Shown here: positions 16,876-26,464 of the stretch, piece by piece
Layout: each line of letters starts with the position of its first letter
Numbering within the stretch: position 1 is the first letter of the stretch
IMG/VR virus record: IMGVR_UViG_3300021956_000053
Location: 1 to 31,469 of that record
Strand: one strand, 5' to 3'
Source of the DNA: a virus
Lineage: Duplodnaviria; Caudoviricetes
Length of the DNA stretch: 31,469 nt
The notes under the pieces: model-generated
Seen by the model: only the letters and a program-made list of their open reading frames with translations
Database searches by the model: none
Told to the model about the DNA's origin: nothing
Made by a program: the position numbers and the translations under genes

Positions 16876-18933
16876 ACTGCCGATGGATACTTCCAGGGTG
16901 AGGCTGGCCAGTGTTAGCGGTAGGGGATCCGATTGCCGGACAAAGACCTGACCACTATCCGCCCACATGGGTGACAAGACGATTGGGATCTCTTCACTTT
17001 TGAGCGCAGGGGGTGAACCATAGGATTCGGTAGTGCGCTGTTTGGCTTCGACCAAGTTATATTCGTCTGGGCCGATAAAAATGCCTGAGGAGCGGAACAC
17101 CCGCAGCCAGGCTTTGTTGACGTTTTTGTATCGCCCTTGCGCAAAGCCGTTATCAATGCCGGCCGCAACCGGTAGGGTTTTTGCGTCCGCCGTAATCGGT
17201 AAGCCGATCTGCACCTTGCTGGCGGCTTGCTCTAGCGTAATTGCGCCGCTCGTCACCACGCATTGTGGATGTACCGCGCCATCGGCTAACACGTTAACGG
17301 TTTTACCCTCGAGGTGGGTAAGTCCGCTAATGGTGGTGGCCGCTGCGCCCGAGTACGTTAACCCCGCATCCACAAAAAACGCATCGGCGGGATCTACAAA
17401 CTGACGAGTGGCCATCCGCTCTACATAGCGCACGTCGGCACCGTTGATGGTGCGCTTAATCACGCAGTACAGAATATCTTCATTGCCTTCCGCTACAACC
17501 GCGCACGATTCAAACGTGCCATCGGTATCGTGCCAATGCCAGGCGCCAATCTGTTGCTCTGGTACATAGGTCAAGCCAAGCAGTTTGCCGGTGGTGGATA
17601 TGAACCACACGATCGGCAACGGCGCTTTGGCATATGCCATATCGCTAATATCGTAATTGTCAAAAAGGTGCGGCGCGCGCAAGGATAAATCCCCGCTGAT
17701 AAAGCCGTTGGCCTGCCAGTTATACGCACATTCACGAATATGCCCACCGCGCGCGGCGGCATACAAGAGCGTGTTGTTGATTACCGCCGGTTGTACGTTA
17801 TTGGCCCCCACATAAGACTGTGGCCGCACGGTAATGGTGGTCGGCGTAATCGCATCACTGTTGACCGGTGACACGCGCCATTCCGCAGCGCTGGTTAATA
17901 GCAGTAATTGCGTCAACGGTACGATATGCCGAATGGTATTGGCCTCGCGTGCCGCTACTCTGAACGCAATGCGATCGTCATCTCGGATCGGTAAGCTGTA
18001 GCTCATCACCGATTCCGTGCCTGATTTGGTCATCCAGATGTTTTGCGGTTTGTTAGTGGTGCCGGCAAAGCATCGACGCTGCTCAAAGTAGGACACCGCA
18101 CCAGGGTAATCGCCGGTAGCGGCAAACACGGCATCATAGATAGGTGGTGTTTTACTCAAATCCGGCGCTACGTTGTCATCTTTAAGAGAGGTGCCAGTTG
18201 TCTGGCCTATATAGCCGTACAATCCGCCCTGCATCTTATAGACGTTATACCTTGCTGCACCCGATACCGCGGTCCAGGCAATCGTGTTGTAGCATCCGGT
18301 GGTAAATAGATTGTTGGTGCAGGTTGCTGCGGCGGATTGTGCGGACTCGGATACTTCATCCGAGGCGATGGTTGTCACCACATACGAATAGCTCATCGTG
18401 GTCGCTGGCGCGCCCACCGTGGTGGCCGTTGCGGTAGGGGAAGCCGGCGCAGCGATCGGCGCTGCAAACGAAATAGTGGTCAACGTCCAGTTAAGCGCAG
18501 CTAACCGGCGCAGTTCTCTTGGTGCATAATTGGGATGCACGATGGTCAGCACGTCCGCAGACTGCACATAATGCAGATCAAAGAGATCGGCTTCTGCGTA
18601 AGGGTTAGTGATCTCGTAAGGCGCAGCTCCAGGTACAGGGAGCAAGGTCGCGCCTTGCGTGTGAAACCGGAAGTAGCCTGCACCCACTTCGATGACCATG
18701 GTCTGTGTGGTCGAATAGGTAAACGGAATTAACCGCACCTTCTTGGTTGAATCCTTAACCGCGCGCACAAAGCCAAAGCCTGGCCGATTTTGAATAGGGC
18801 CTTGGGGTTTGGGGATAAAGTTTCGGCATATGGCAAGGCCGGCTTGATACTTGGTGTCATCGATACGTCCGAACATCTCCGGACTAATCTCGCCACCTGA
18901 GAATGACTTTTGTAAAATGCGGGTGTTAGCCAT
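16873..18933 (-). CDS. Tail tubular protein B / nozzle
   Basis: QKSFSGGEISPEMFGRID N-terminus, YPGAVSYFEQRRCFAG, AWHWHDTDG. ATG at 18933 directly follows tail tubular A. Confidence 0.88.
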   Translation of the reverse strand: MANTRILQKSFSGGEISPEMFGRIDDTKYQAGLAICRNFIPKPQGPIQNRPGFGFVRAVKDSTKKVRLIPFTYSTTQTMVIEVGAGYFRFHTQGATLLPVPGAAPYEITNPYAEADLFDLHYVQSADVLTIVHPNYAPRELRRLAALNWTLTTISFAAPIAAPASPTATATTVGAPATTMSYSYVVTTIASDEVSESAQSAAATCTNNLFTTGCYNTIAWTAVSGAARYNVYKMQGGLYGYIGQTTGTSLKDDNVAPDLSKTPPIYDAVFAATGDYPGAVSYFEQRRCFAGTTNKPQNIWMTKSGTESVMSYSLPIRDDDRIAFRVAAREANTIRHIVPLTQLLLLTSAAEWRVSPVNSDAITPTTITVRPQSYVGANNVQPAVINNTLLYAAARGGHIRECAYNWQANGFISGDLSLRAPHLFDNYDISDMAYAKAPLPIVWFISTTGKLLGLTYVPEQQIGAWHWHDTDGTFESCAVVAEGNEDILYCVIKRTINGADVRYVERMATRQFVDPADAFFVDAGLTYSGAAATTISGLTHLEGKTVNVLADGAVHPQCVVTSGAITLEQAASKVQIGLPITADAKTLPVAAGIDNGFAQGRYKNVNKAWLRVFRSSGIFIGPDEYNLVEAKQRTTESYGSPPALKSEEIPIVLSPMWADSGQVFVRQSDPLPLTLASLTLEVSIGS

Positions 18934-18935
18934 GC

Positions 18936-19589
18936 CTATCTCCCACTGATCCAAGAAACGCGCTGGTTGGGATTGATGCGACGCTGGGATGCGTCCGACT
19001 CCATGGCTTGCGACAAGTAAACATTCATCATTTGCAGACAGCGCTTGGCTTCGGCAGCACCGGTTTCACCCTTAAGGATCGGACCGGCTAACAATGATGC
19101 TAGGTGCCAGCTCAAGGTAGACACAAATAGTGGTGAAAACGTCCCTGTATCCGATACGAGCGCCGTGTAGCGCAGTACCGCGTTCTCTTGATCAGTCAGG
19201 ATCACTTGCGTGCCGTCGTCTTGGATCTCGCACGAGAAGGGTTGTGGCACATACGCACCGCCGGCGGGGATGTTGGGATTGGTGAGGATCGCTTCGCTGT
19301 AGTCATCGGTCGCATCTGAGGTCACGATTGCAATGATGTTGACCGCATCATTCGGCACGGCGTAAGCGTAGGTCCATTCCGACCAGGATTCACCTAACAT
19401 GGCAAGCTGTACGCGCCTCGTCGCAAATCCCCAGGGGTGCATTTCCAGCAACGTGTCGCGGGCAATCGGATAAAAGCGCGCGCAATGTTCGGCCTGTGCA
19501 GAACCTTCGGGAGGATCAATACTAGCGACGGTCGCCGTATCGCCTAAATGCGCAAGCGCCAAATTACAGATATCAACTTCGGTACTCAT
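18936..19589 (-). CDS. Tail tubular protein A / adaptor
   Basis: VDICNLALAHLG...CARFYPIARDTLLEMHPWGFA motif and position after the capsid genes. Confidence 0.88.
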   Translation of the reverse strand: MSTEVDICNLALAHLGDTATVASIDPPEGSAQAEHCARFYPIARDTLLEMHPWGFATRRVQLAMLGESWSEWTYAYAVPNDAVNIIAIVTSDATDDYSEAILTNPNIPAGGAYVPQPFSCEIQDDGTQVILTDQENAVLRYTALVSDTGTFSPLFVSTLSWHLASLLAGPILKGETGAAEAKRCLQMMNVYLSQAMESDASQRRINPNQRVSWISGR

Positions 19590-19601
19590 TTAAATCCCCT
19601 T

Positions 19602-19630
19602 AAATAAAAACGGGGGCATATAGCCCCCGT
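19602..19630 (-). terminator. Rho-independent terminator after the capsid module
   Basis: Minus strand ACGGGGGC-TATAT-GCCCCCGT followed by TTTTATTT. Confidence 0.85.
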
Positions 19631-19652
19631 CGTATTAGGTTAACCTGGCGGC

Positions 19653-19820
19653 TTAAACCAAGCTGTCCGCAGCAGGTGCTGCATCTTTCTTGGCCTTGGC
19701 CTTCGGTTCTTCCACCAATTCCAAATTGTTAGAAGCCTCGCCGGCATACTCGATGACCGCGCCTTCTTCCACAATGTTGTTATCGATAAAAGACTTTTCT
19801 AAAACTCTGTATTGCGCCAT
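19653..19820 (-). CDS. Small hypothetical protein (55 aa), missing from the ORF track
   Basis: MAQYRVLEKSFIDNNIVEEGAVIEYAGEASNNLELVEEPKAKAKKDAAPAADSLV with AGGGGG SD. Fills the gap between the cement gene and the terminator. Confidence 0.8.
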   Translation of the reverse strand: MAQYRVLEKSFIDNNIVEEGAVIEYAGEASNNLELVEEPKAKAKKDAAPAADSLV

Positions 19821-19828
19821 AAATCCCC

Positions 19829-20332
19829 CTATTTAATAGTGAAGCCAGATGGGTAGAATTTTTGGCCGTCTTGGATAGCGTCGCCTAGATCCGCATAAAT
19901 TGCGCCGGCAGTGTTCGCGCCCACGTTTACCACTTGCAAACCTACATAGCGCTGGCCTTTGCTCGCGATACGTGGGTTTAGCTCTGCCGCAAAACGTGCG
20001 CCTGCTGTCAATGACGCAACAGGAATTGCGCCTGTTGTACCGATCACCGTGACGTTAGTAGTAAGGGCAGCATCGTCCGCCGCAACGACGTTAAACTGCA
20101 TCGATGTACCGCCGGCAGCGGCTGTGGCTACCTGCACGCGCAAGTAAAGCTCACCACCTTCACCCAAATCCCTGACGTTGCCGCTTGGGTTTCCTGGTGA
20201 AGCTGTATCGATGACGTTACCGCCGGTGAAAGAACCCGATACGATTGTCGTACCTGAGCCAAACACGTTAGCGGCCGTAACAGTGTTGCCTGAAATTGAG
20301 CCGGCTAGGGCTAAAAAAGCATCAATAATCAT
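19829..20332 (-). CDS. Capsid cement/decoration protein (Bbp16-like)
   Basis: MIIDAFL start, RDLGEG, IPVASLTAG and RYVGL motifs; directly downstream of the major capsid gene. Confidence 0.8.
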   Translation of the reverse strand: MIIDAFLALAGSISGNTVTAANVFGSGTTIVSGSFTGGNVIDTASPGNPSGNVRDLGEGGELYLRVQVATAAAGGTSMQFNVVAADDAALTTNVTVIGTTGAIPVASLTAGARFAAELNPRIASKGQRYVGLQVVNVGANTAGAIYADLGDAIQDGQKFYPSGFTIK

Positions 20333-20343
20333 GTGATTTCTCC

Positions 20344-21348
20344 TTATACTACGCGTGATTCAGTGTTGAGAATCTGATCAACACGACGTAAAGGCACGCC
20401 CTCAAACTGTGTCCAGCTTTGTGGTGTACCGAATTGGTTAAGACCTTGCGCCACGTCAATCGCGTTTTGCGATTTGTTCAACGCTTGGATGCGTAGCATT
20501 GAGTAGACTGTACGGTTCATGTAGAACGCTGCACGGCCCATGCCAAAGTTAGGAATACGATCCAGTGCTCTTGACATCAATTTCACCAAGTCAGCCGCTG
20601 AAGATTCAGCCACCAAGTTAGTCGTATCGATGTTGGCAATACGCACCACATAACGCCAATCTTTAACCACCAAACCGTTCTTCCATTGGTAGTGTGTTTG
20701 GTACGCTTGATAGGGGTTGTTGCTTGAGTCGTAAACCGTCAAGATGCCTTGATCTTCGTGGATCAAACCAGCTTTAGAACCTTTAGGGAATGTGCAGAAA
20801 ACTGTGTTTTCTCCCCAAACCACCAAGTAGATAGACGTATTTACTGAACCGGTACCGCCTGCATCAATGATGTTGGCCGCGTTACCCGCACCTGAGATCG
20901 TACCAAAACGTGGCGCAAGACCTAGATACTGACGGGGGTCGGTTGTTGGGTTGCCGTACAAAATGGTAGACGCTTGCGCTTGGTTCATCGCTTCCAAGAA
21001 CGCAGTGTCTTCAGACAATCTGAACGCCGCTGTGTTGCCGTTCAATTCTGCAAGGTCCTTATCGATTCTTGCATAGGCTTCTAGCATACCTACCGACTCA
21101 TCCACCTGCGCAGTGGTTGATTTGCTAGTTGGAATACCTTGGTTGATTGAACGCCAGTAAGCAGTTGGCAAGCCTGTTCTGATCACCACGCGGTGGCCAG
21201 TTGGCAAGTTACCTTCTTGGAAAACCGCGTCTTCTAAGATTTCATTGGATTGAGATAATAGCTCGGCGACAATTGGCACCTTGCCGTCTGGATCTAAACG
21301 CTTTGCCCAATCTGCAAGGGTCAATGCGCCGGTTGATAAAGTAGCCAT
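20344..21348 (-). CDS. Major capsid protein
   Basis: LTLADWAKRLDPDGK, RTGLPTAYWR, GLVVKDWRYVVRIANID and GVPLRRVDQILNTESRVV resemble BPP-1/epsilon15 capsids. Confidence 0.93.
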   Translation of the reverse strand: MATLSTGALTLADWAKRLDPDGKVPIVAELLSQSNEILEDAVFQEGNLPTGHRVVIRTGLPTAYWRSINQGIPTSKSTTAQVDESVGMLEAYARIDKDLAELNGNTAAFRLSEDTAFLEAMNQAQASTILYGNPTTDPRQYLGLAPRFGTISGAGNAANIIDAGGTGSVNTSIYLVVWGENTVFCTFPKGSKAGLIHEDQGILTVYDSSNNPYQAYQTHYQWKNGLVVKDWRYVVRIANIDTTNLVAESSAADLVKLMSRALDRIPNFGMGRAAFYMNRTVYSMLRIQALNKSQNAIDVAQGLNQFGTPQSWTQFEGVPLRRVDQILNTESRVV

Positions 21349-21357
21349 CTAAAGCTC

Positions 21358-21990
21358 CTATTTTTGATTAGAATAAAGTTTGTCAGCTAATGAGCCATTC
21401 GTACCAGGTGCCGCGGGGCGACCCCCTACAAATTTATCTTCACTGATTGCCTTGCCCGCGCGGTACATAAACCGGATCACATCCGGATGGTTGCCGAGGC
21501 CTGACTCGTTTAACAGGGCTTTCAACTCTGGGGTGCCAAAAGCATCTAGGGCTTTCTTTGCCGTGCCTAAAGATTCGGTGATTTTTTCTCCGCCAAATTC
21601 TTTATCCGACTTGGATGCGGTTTCCCACTCTGCCTTAGCCGCTTCAATCTGTGCTAGTTGTCGCTCGGCCATGACCGGCGCGACCTTATCCAGCACTTTT
21701 TGCGCATCCTCATTCGATAGATTCAACTCTCGAGCAACGTCTGAATACGCCGCAATCACGGCATCGTCAAAGACGCGGCCTTCTTGGGGAGTAAACTCGT
21801 ATTTCTCAGGGGCGCCGGTTTTCTCCTCGGCGGATTTCCCCTCGTCTGTTGAAGCGGTTGCCTCGTCAGTCGTCTGGCTATCGGTTGTTGTCACCTGGGT
21901 TTGCTCTACATCCGTAGTGGGTGCATCAGCGGTCGTCTGGCTATCGGTTACTTGGGTAGTTTGGCCGTCAGTCATCAGCGTATCAGTCAT
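21358..21990 (-). CDS. Capsid scaffolding/assembly protein
   Basis: Acidic low-complexity N-terminus, GAPEKYEF, DKEFGG, GLGNHPDVIR...GKAISED; upstream of the capsid gene. Confidence 0.85.
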   Translation of the reverse strand: MTDTLMTDGQTTQVTDSQTTADAPTTDVEQTQVTTTDSQTTDEATASTDEGKSAEEKTGAPEKYEFTPQEGRVFDDAVIAAYSDVARELNLSNEDAQKVLDKVAPVMAERQLAQIEAAKAEWETASKSDKEFGGEKITESLGTAKKALDAFGTPELKALLNESGLGNHPDVIRFMYRAGKAISEDKFVGGRPAAPGTNGSLADKLYSNQK

Positions 21991-22289
21991 TCTTTTTGCT
22001 CCTGAAGCATTTCAGTGTATCGATCCAAGCAGTGTTCGGTGAGTTGGGCCAACAGTCTCAATCCTTCGTTACGCGTGCCTTCAGCGAAAGCCATCGATAA
22101 CGCATTGGTATTGAAAGAGAGCCGCCAAACGCCTGCACGTTCGAGCAAGCGGTAGACGAAACGACGCCCCCGCTTGTTACTCATCAACCATTTGAGATCA
22201 TTGATCTCCATGTCAGCCGCGAAGCGTGCGCGTTTAGATTGTTCGTCTATGGCATCTTCAAGGTTAAATGGATCAATGTCTCTGGTCAT
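21987..22289 (-). CDS. Conserved head-module protein (Bbp19-like)
   Basis: DLKWLMSNKRGRRFVYRLLERAGVW...MAFAEGTRNEGL motif and synteny. Confidence 0.8.
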   Translation of the reverse strand: MTRDIDPFNLEDAIDEQSKRARFAADMEINDLKWLMSNKRGRRFVYRLLERAGVWRLSFNTNALSMAFAEGTRNEGLRLLAQLTEHCLDRYTEMLQEQKE

Positions 22290-22295
22290 GGCTCC

Positions 22296-22329
22296 AATCT
22301 AAAGGGGTTTGGTGTGGGTAAGTGCATCA
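22296..22329 (-). promoter_or_regulatory. Putative late promoter C (scaffold, capsid, tail tube)
   Basis: TGATGCACTT (22329-22320), 18 nt, TAGATT (22301-22296). Confidence 0.72.
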
Positions 22330-22635
22330 GTCACTGTAGAGCATGGACGCGCTGCTGGTATTACTCTCAGCGCCACCTAGCTCTAGATCAGTGATCTGCA
22401 AACAAAGGTATGTATCAGGGCCGGCATCGTCGCCATCCACTTCGACGGTTTGCCTAACTTCGGTCACAATGGTGGCGGCTTTAATCATCACCTTGCTGCC
22501 GGGTGTGGGCGGTGTAGTGATGCCTAGCGCTTCGCATTGATCTTCGTTTAATCGGATCTCAAGGCCATAGCCATATTGGCTGGATATGGTTTCTGGGTAT
22601 TTCTCTGGGGAAGTTTTCATAGAGATAAGCGCCAT
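22327..22635 (-). CDS. Capsid staple protein (epsilon15 gp10-like)
   Basis: YGYGLEIRL...ALGI...PGS...LQITDLEL...MLY pattern resembles epsilon15 gp10 as recalled. Confidence 0.7.
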   Translation of the reverse strand: MALISMKTSPEKYPETISSQYGYGLEIRLNEDQCEALGITTPPTPGSKVMIKAATIVTEVRQTVEVDGDDAGPDTYLCLQITDLELGGAESNTSSASMLYSD

Positions 22636-22707
22636 TTACGTTCCTACATGATTAGCACCCAAATGGGCGGGTTTGACCTTCGGAGGAGGGTCGTTGTTTG
22701 GTTTTAT

Positions 22708-24183
22708 TTACGCAACTATTCTCGATTCAAAACCTTGCACAGATACTGTACCGCTGCCCCCCGCAGCGGTGATGATGGTCAGATCAAGAAAATAGTAAGC
22801 GTTTTGCGTGCCGTTGCCTTTTGGTAAAATAGTATATTTAGGAGTTTTTAAATATAAAGTATACGAGCCGTCTGGCATGTTGCCGGGTATAGAGCCCGAT
22901 CGTAAACACCACGTTTGCTGTATGTTTCCGCTGCTATCTCGATTAGTTACTCTTAGATCTATGCTTGTTATATTCACGCCTCCTGTTACTAAAACCTTAC
23001 ATCTTGACTCTGTTACATCCCCTGGTTGTAGTTCGCTCAATGCCCAATCGAGGGCTGCAAACCAAACAAATCCTAAAGTATGTGTTGTAGATGCCGCTAA
23101 TACGCATGTTGGGTCGCTCCTGATATTACCGTTTGCTAAAGCAGCTCTGTTAACTTTTGACCATGTGCCACCCGCTGTTGTAAATCCTGTTGGCGCGGTT
23201 GTGCCTCCTTGGAGCAAAGGATTTGTACCAAAAACGCCAAACTTGTTATTTACACGATCAAAATAGTCATTTTGTTGCTTTGCAAAACTCACGCCTTGTT
23301 CCGTAGCGCTTGCAATGCCCTTATTTGCATACCAGTCCGCAATGTATTTGCCGACAATCATTGCTCCCAGACGATTAGGATGTAAATTTAACGTGCCGAT
23401 ATCAGTACATATAGACGGTAAGATGTTGCCAAAAGCAGTAGTATTGTCCGCCCACATTTCAGCGCAGGGAATGTATTCAATAAACCCTGTCAATGATAAT
23501 TGATATAACCATTCGTTAATGCGTTGATTAATTTGTTTATAAGGCTGTATAGACGCGTCTACCCCCCGCGGCATGATGCCCGGATGCACAGGTAAGATGC
23601 CCGCGTTATTTAACGTTGTAAAAATCGACATTAATCGCGTAGTTGTGGCAGTAAAGTCTAAGTTTCCAAGCGTACTTGTGTCATTAGTGCCTAAAGATAT
23701 AAAGCAGCGCGTGTATTTTCTTGCCTTATGCGCTGTCAACAGCGGCGTGATTTGTGTTGATATAACGATGTCAGATGTTGCAGCATTGGCCGCAAAATTA
23801 TCGGACGGTTGAAAATCCCAAGGCCAACCTAAGTAGCAAAAAGCAGCGACAAAAAATCCAGCGGCCTCATATCTCGGGTTTGGATAGGCTTGAGTTAGAT
23901 CGACATATGAGTTGTTATATGCGATTGAGTCCCCCAGAATTGCGACTGCCCCCTGCTTTACTTTAGTAAAATTTGTATTGGTAGTTAGTCGTATTGCTAC
24001 CCCATCCCCCACATACAAATCCGTCCCAACTCTAGCCGTACCGACAAAGCCTGAGGGGATGGCGGAGACTGATGCAAAATTAACCGCAAGATCTGAGTTA
24101 GACCCATCTGGGTTTGCCACACTTAATGCTTTAGCACCATCATCGGTATAAACAAATGGGCTGCTGCCAATACGTTTAGTCAT
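22708..24183 (-). CDS. SGNH/GDSL hydrolase-domain protein, possible head fibre
   Basis: Block I AILGDSI, block III LGTND, block V LHPN; beta-rich C-terminal domain; visibly more AT-rich than its neighbours. Confidence 0.8.
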   Translation of the reverse strand: MTKRIGSSPFVYTDDGAKALSVANPDGSNSDLAVNFASVSAIPSGFVGTARVGTDLYVGDGVAIRLTTNTNFTKVKQGAVAILGDSIAYNNSYVDLTQAYPNPRYEAAGFFVAAFCYLGWPWDFQPSDNFAANAATSDIVISTQITPLLTAHKARKYTRCFISLGTNDTSTLGNLDFTATTTRLMSIFTTLNNAGILPVHPGIMPRGVDASIQPYKQINQRINEWLYQLSLTGFIEYIPCAEMWADNTTAFGNILPSICTDIGTLNLHPNRLGAMIVGKYIADWYANKGIASATEQGVSFAKQQNDYFDRVNNKFGVFGTNPLLQGGTTAPTGFTTAGGTWSKVNRAALANGNIRSDPTCVLAASTTHTLGFVWFAALDWALSELQPGDVTESRCKVLVTGGVNITSIDLRVTNRDSSGNIQQTWCLRSGSIPGNMPDGSYTLYLKTPKYTILPKGNGTQNAYYFLDLTIITAAGGSGTVSVQGFESRIVA

Positions 24184-24191
24184 AAGATCTC

Positions 24192-24473
24192 CTAGTAATA
24201 GGCAGTGATCAAAGTCGCGGTCGTGCCGGTGGCTTTGATACGGTTAACAGAGAGCGCAATCAAGAAGCCAATTGCGTTAGTCGGTATGGTGATGGTGGCG
24301 GTACTGCCATCGGCCATCACCACGGCAACGGCACCTGCACCGCTCACCATGATCGCGCGCGTTGGTCTGGCAGGTCCAACCGGTGGCACAAGATCCGCGC
24401 TGTCATTCGGTGTTACTGCCAGGACGCTGGTCATCGCGGTTGCGTCATTCGTGGTGGTTAAAAACGGATTCAT
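24192..24473 (-). CDS. Head spike base-like protein, copy 2
   Basis: AVTPNDSADL...TRAIMVSGAGAVAVVMADG...VNRIKATGTTATLITA resembles the RcGTA Rcc01079-type spike base. Confidence 0.7.
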   Translation of the reverse strand: MNPFLTTTNDATAMTSVLAVTPNDSADLVPPVGPARPTRAIMVSGAGAVAVVMADGSTATITIPTNAIGFLIALSVNRIKATGTTATLITAYY

Positions 24474-24484
24474 GGTCTACCCCC

Positions 24485-24778
24485 TTACAAATTGCCGGCT
24501 GGATACAGCGCAAAGATGCCGGTTGCTGTCGTGCTGGTGGATAAGATGCGAGAAGCATTAACGCGCACGATCTGACCTGCGGAAAGTGAAGTCAATACCG
24601 CTGTGCCGCCACCGGCAAGGTTGACGTTAACGTTGCCTGCACCGGTGACGTATATCGCCGTACAAGGTCCGCTGCCTAGATCCGTGCTGTCGGAGGCTGT
24701 AACCGGCTCACCTTCAAATTCTGTGGGCTGTTTAATACCGTTGGTAAAAAGCGCTTGTGCAAATAGTTGTCTGGGCAT
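24485..24778 (-). CDS. Head spike base-like protein, copy 1
   Basis: VTASDSTDL...TAIYVTGAGNVNVNLAGG...ASRILSTSTTATGIFALY; visibly paralogous to 24192-24473. Confidence 0.7.
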   Translation of the reverse strand: MPRQLFAQALFTNGIKQPTEFEGEPVTASDSTDLGSGPCTAIYVTGAGNVNVNLAGGGTAVLTSLSAGQIVRVNASRILSTSTTATGIFALYPAGNL

Positions 24779-24796
24779 GGATATCTCCTGGTTAAA

Positions 24797-26461
24797 TTAA
24801 CTGTAGCCACTGAACGCGCGAGTGGCGTCAGTTAATGCGTTGGGTTCGTTGGTCTTAGCCGATGCGAGTTTCTGTGCGGTATCGGCACCTTGGTTCATCA
24901 TGGCCGCTTGCGTCGCTTGTTGCTGCGCCTGGGCGCGCTGTCCGCGTAATGCGTCCACTTTGTCCTGGGCAAGCAAGATGCGGGGATCAATACCAAGCGA
25001 ATCCGCATAGATATCGGTGAGTTTGTCGCCGTCGATCTTGTCTAAAACTTCCGGCTTAAACTGCGCCACACTGCCTACCGTCCCGATAAACCGGTCGATT
25101 GAGTTGGTGCCGACTGCGCGCTGGGCTTGGGCCAACATGCTCACTAGCTCGACGTTGATGTCGTGGCCTTGCATGGCTTCCGGTGGCGGTGGTGCAATGC
25201 CTGAGGCCATGATCTGATCAAACGTGATCTCAATCAGGGGATCTAGTAATTCATTTTGTAAACGCTCAAGTACGGGACCGAGCATCAATAGCTTTTCTTC
25301 ATGACGTTCTGCAACTTCAGTGGCAGTCATTCGGGCATCCGTCTGATTAGCTAGCATCAGAAAAAGATCCGCATAGAAGCTGCCTTCGATGCGGTGCCGA
25401 ACGTCTTGGATATCCATCAGCAGGTCATTGAGATTTAAATTCACTTCAAACGCAGTCTTGACGCCTTGCGATCCGCCGGCCACGTCCACATACGTTACGC
25501 CGCCTGGCAAGCGTTCCACGTCACGGTTTTTCATGGACGTTGGCACCTGTAAGGGTGGGTTGGTTTGATAGTCGATGCCTTGCGCTTTACGCAGCTGCTC
25601 GTGCTGTAATTGTTTGATATCGCCTAGCGCTTCCATGCCAGGGCTATTGCCGTAGATGTCGCCTCCTGAAATTGACCAGCGCGGGCATAACGCCGGAAAA
25701 CGGGTAAACCCGCTTTCGCTCAAGTAATGATCTGGTGCCGATCCCACCTCAAAGTAGACCGAGCGCCAGGGCATGTTCATATTGTCTTTTTTGCTAGGAT
25801 CGCGATCAGTGCGCGGCTCAATGCAATGGATGATTGTGATCCACGCGTCCAGTGATCCCCGCTCATACATCGAGCGCGTTGAGGGCATGACGTTCTCGAT
25901 GCCAAATTCCGTGACAATCTCATGCACGGTTTTCTGAAACTCGCGGTAAAGGGTAGTTACTTCTCCTTTCCAGTTGGTTGCAATCGCATACTCACCTGTC
26001 GTGAGCGGGTACATGTGGATCACGTTATCAAAATCGGGCATGACGATACATGCCGCGGTGCCAAACGTGCCGAGTTCTTCGTACATGCTGTGCAATGCGC
26101 GATATGTGTTTGACTTTTGAAACACGGTTAGCATGATGTTAGTCACATCGTTAAGCCAGTATTTCACCTCGGCGATCTCCATCAACGATGGGTCGGTGGT
26201 GGCTAGTCGAAACCAAGGGCGCGCAGGACTGGTTAGCCCTGACATGAGCCCCGCCGCTAATACGCGCAGGGCGCGCGTGCCTGTATTGTCGTAAATGTAA
26301 TTGTGACGGCGATAGCCACGGTTACGGTCTTGTATAAAATAACGGCCTGAGCGCGGCAATAGATAATCCGACAGCTCTTTCCAATGCGCCCACCACGTTG
26401 CGCGCTCAGTCTTTAGCTGGCCCCAGCGTGTTTGTAGTTTATTTTTGGGCGTATTCTCCAT
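24797..26461 (-). CDS. Portal protein (head-tail connector)
   Basis: LAAGLMSGLTSPARPWF, YGNSPGMEALGDIKQLQ and MTATEVAERHEEKLLMLGPVLERL are T7/BPP-1-type portal motifs. Confidence 0.95.
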   Translation of the reverse strand: MENTPKNKLQTRWGQLKTERATWWAHWKELSDYLLPRSGRYFIQDRNRGYRRHNYIYDNTGTRALRVLAAGLMSGLTSPARPWFRLATTDPSLMEIAEVKYWLNDVTNIMLTVFQKSNTYRALHSMYEELGTFGTAACIVMPDFDNVIHMYPLTTGEYAIATNWKGEVTTLYREFQKTVHEIVTEFGIENVMPSTRSMYERGSLDAWITIIHCIEPRTDRDPSKKDNMNMPWRSVYFEVGSAPDHYLSESGFTRFPALCPRWSISGGDIYGNSPGMEALGDIKQLQHEQLRKAQGIDYQTNPPLQVPTSMKNRDVERLPGGVTYVDVAGGSQGVKTAFEVNLNLNDLLMDIQDVRHRIEGSFYADLFLMLANQTDARMTATEVAERHEEKLLMLGPVLERLQNELLDPLIEITFDQIMASGIAPPPPEAMQGHDINVELVSMLAQAQRAVGTNSIDRFIGTVGSVAQFKPEVLDKIDGDKLTDIYADSLGIDPRILLAQDKVDALRGQRAQAQQQATQAAMMNQGADTAQKLASAKTNEPNALTDATRAFSGYS

Positions 26462-26464
26462 ACG

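Noticed and set aside
21919-21928. Partial late motif TGATGCACCC
   Set aside because: Lacks the conserved TT and lies inside a coding region.
21869-21949. 18-bp direct repeat GTCGTCTGGCTATCGGTT
   Set aside because: Encodes a duplicated TDSQT peptide in the low-complexity scaffold N-terminus.
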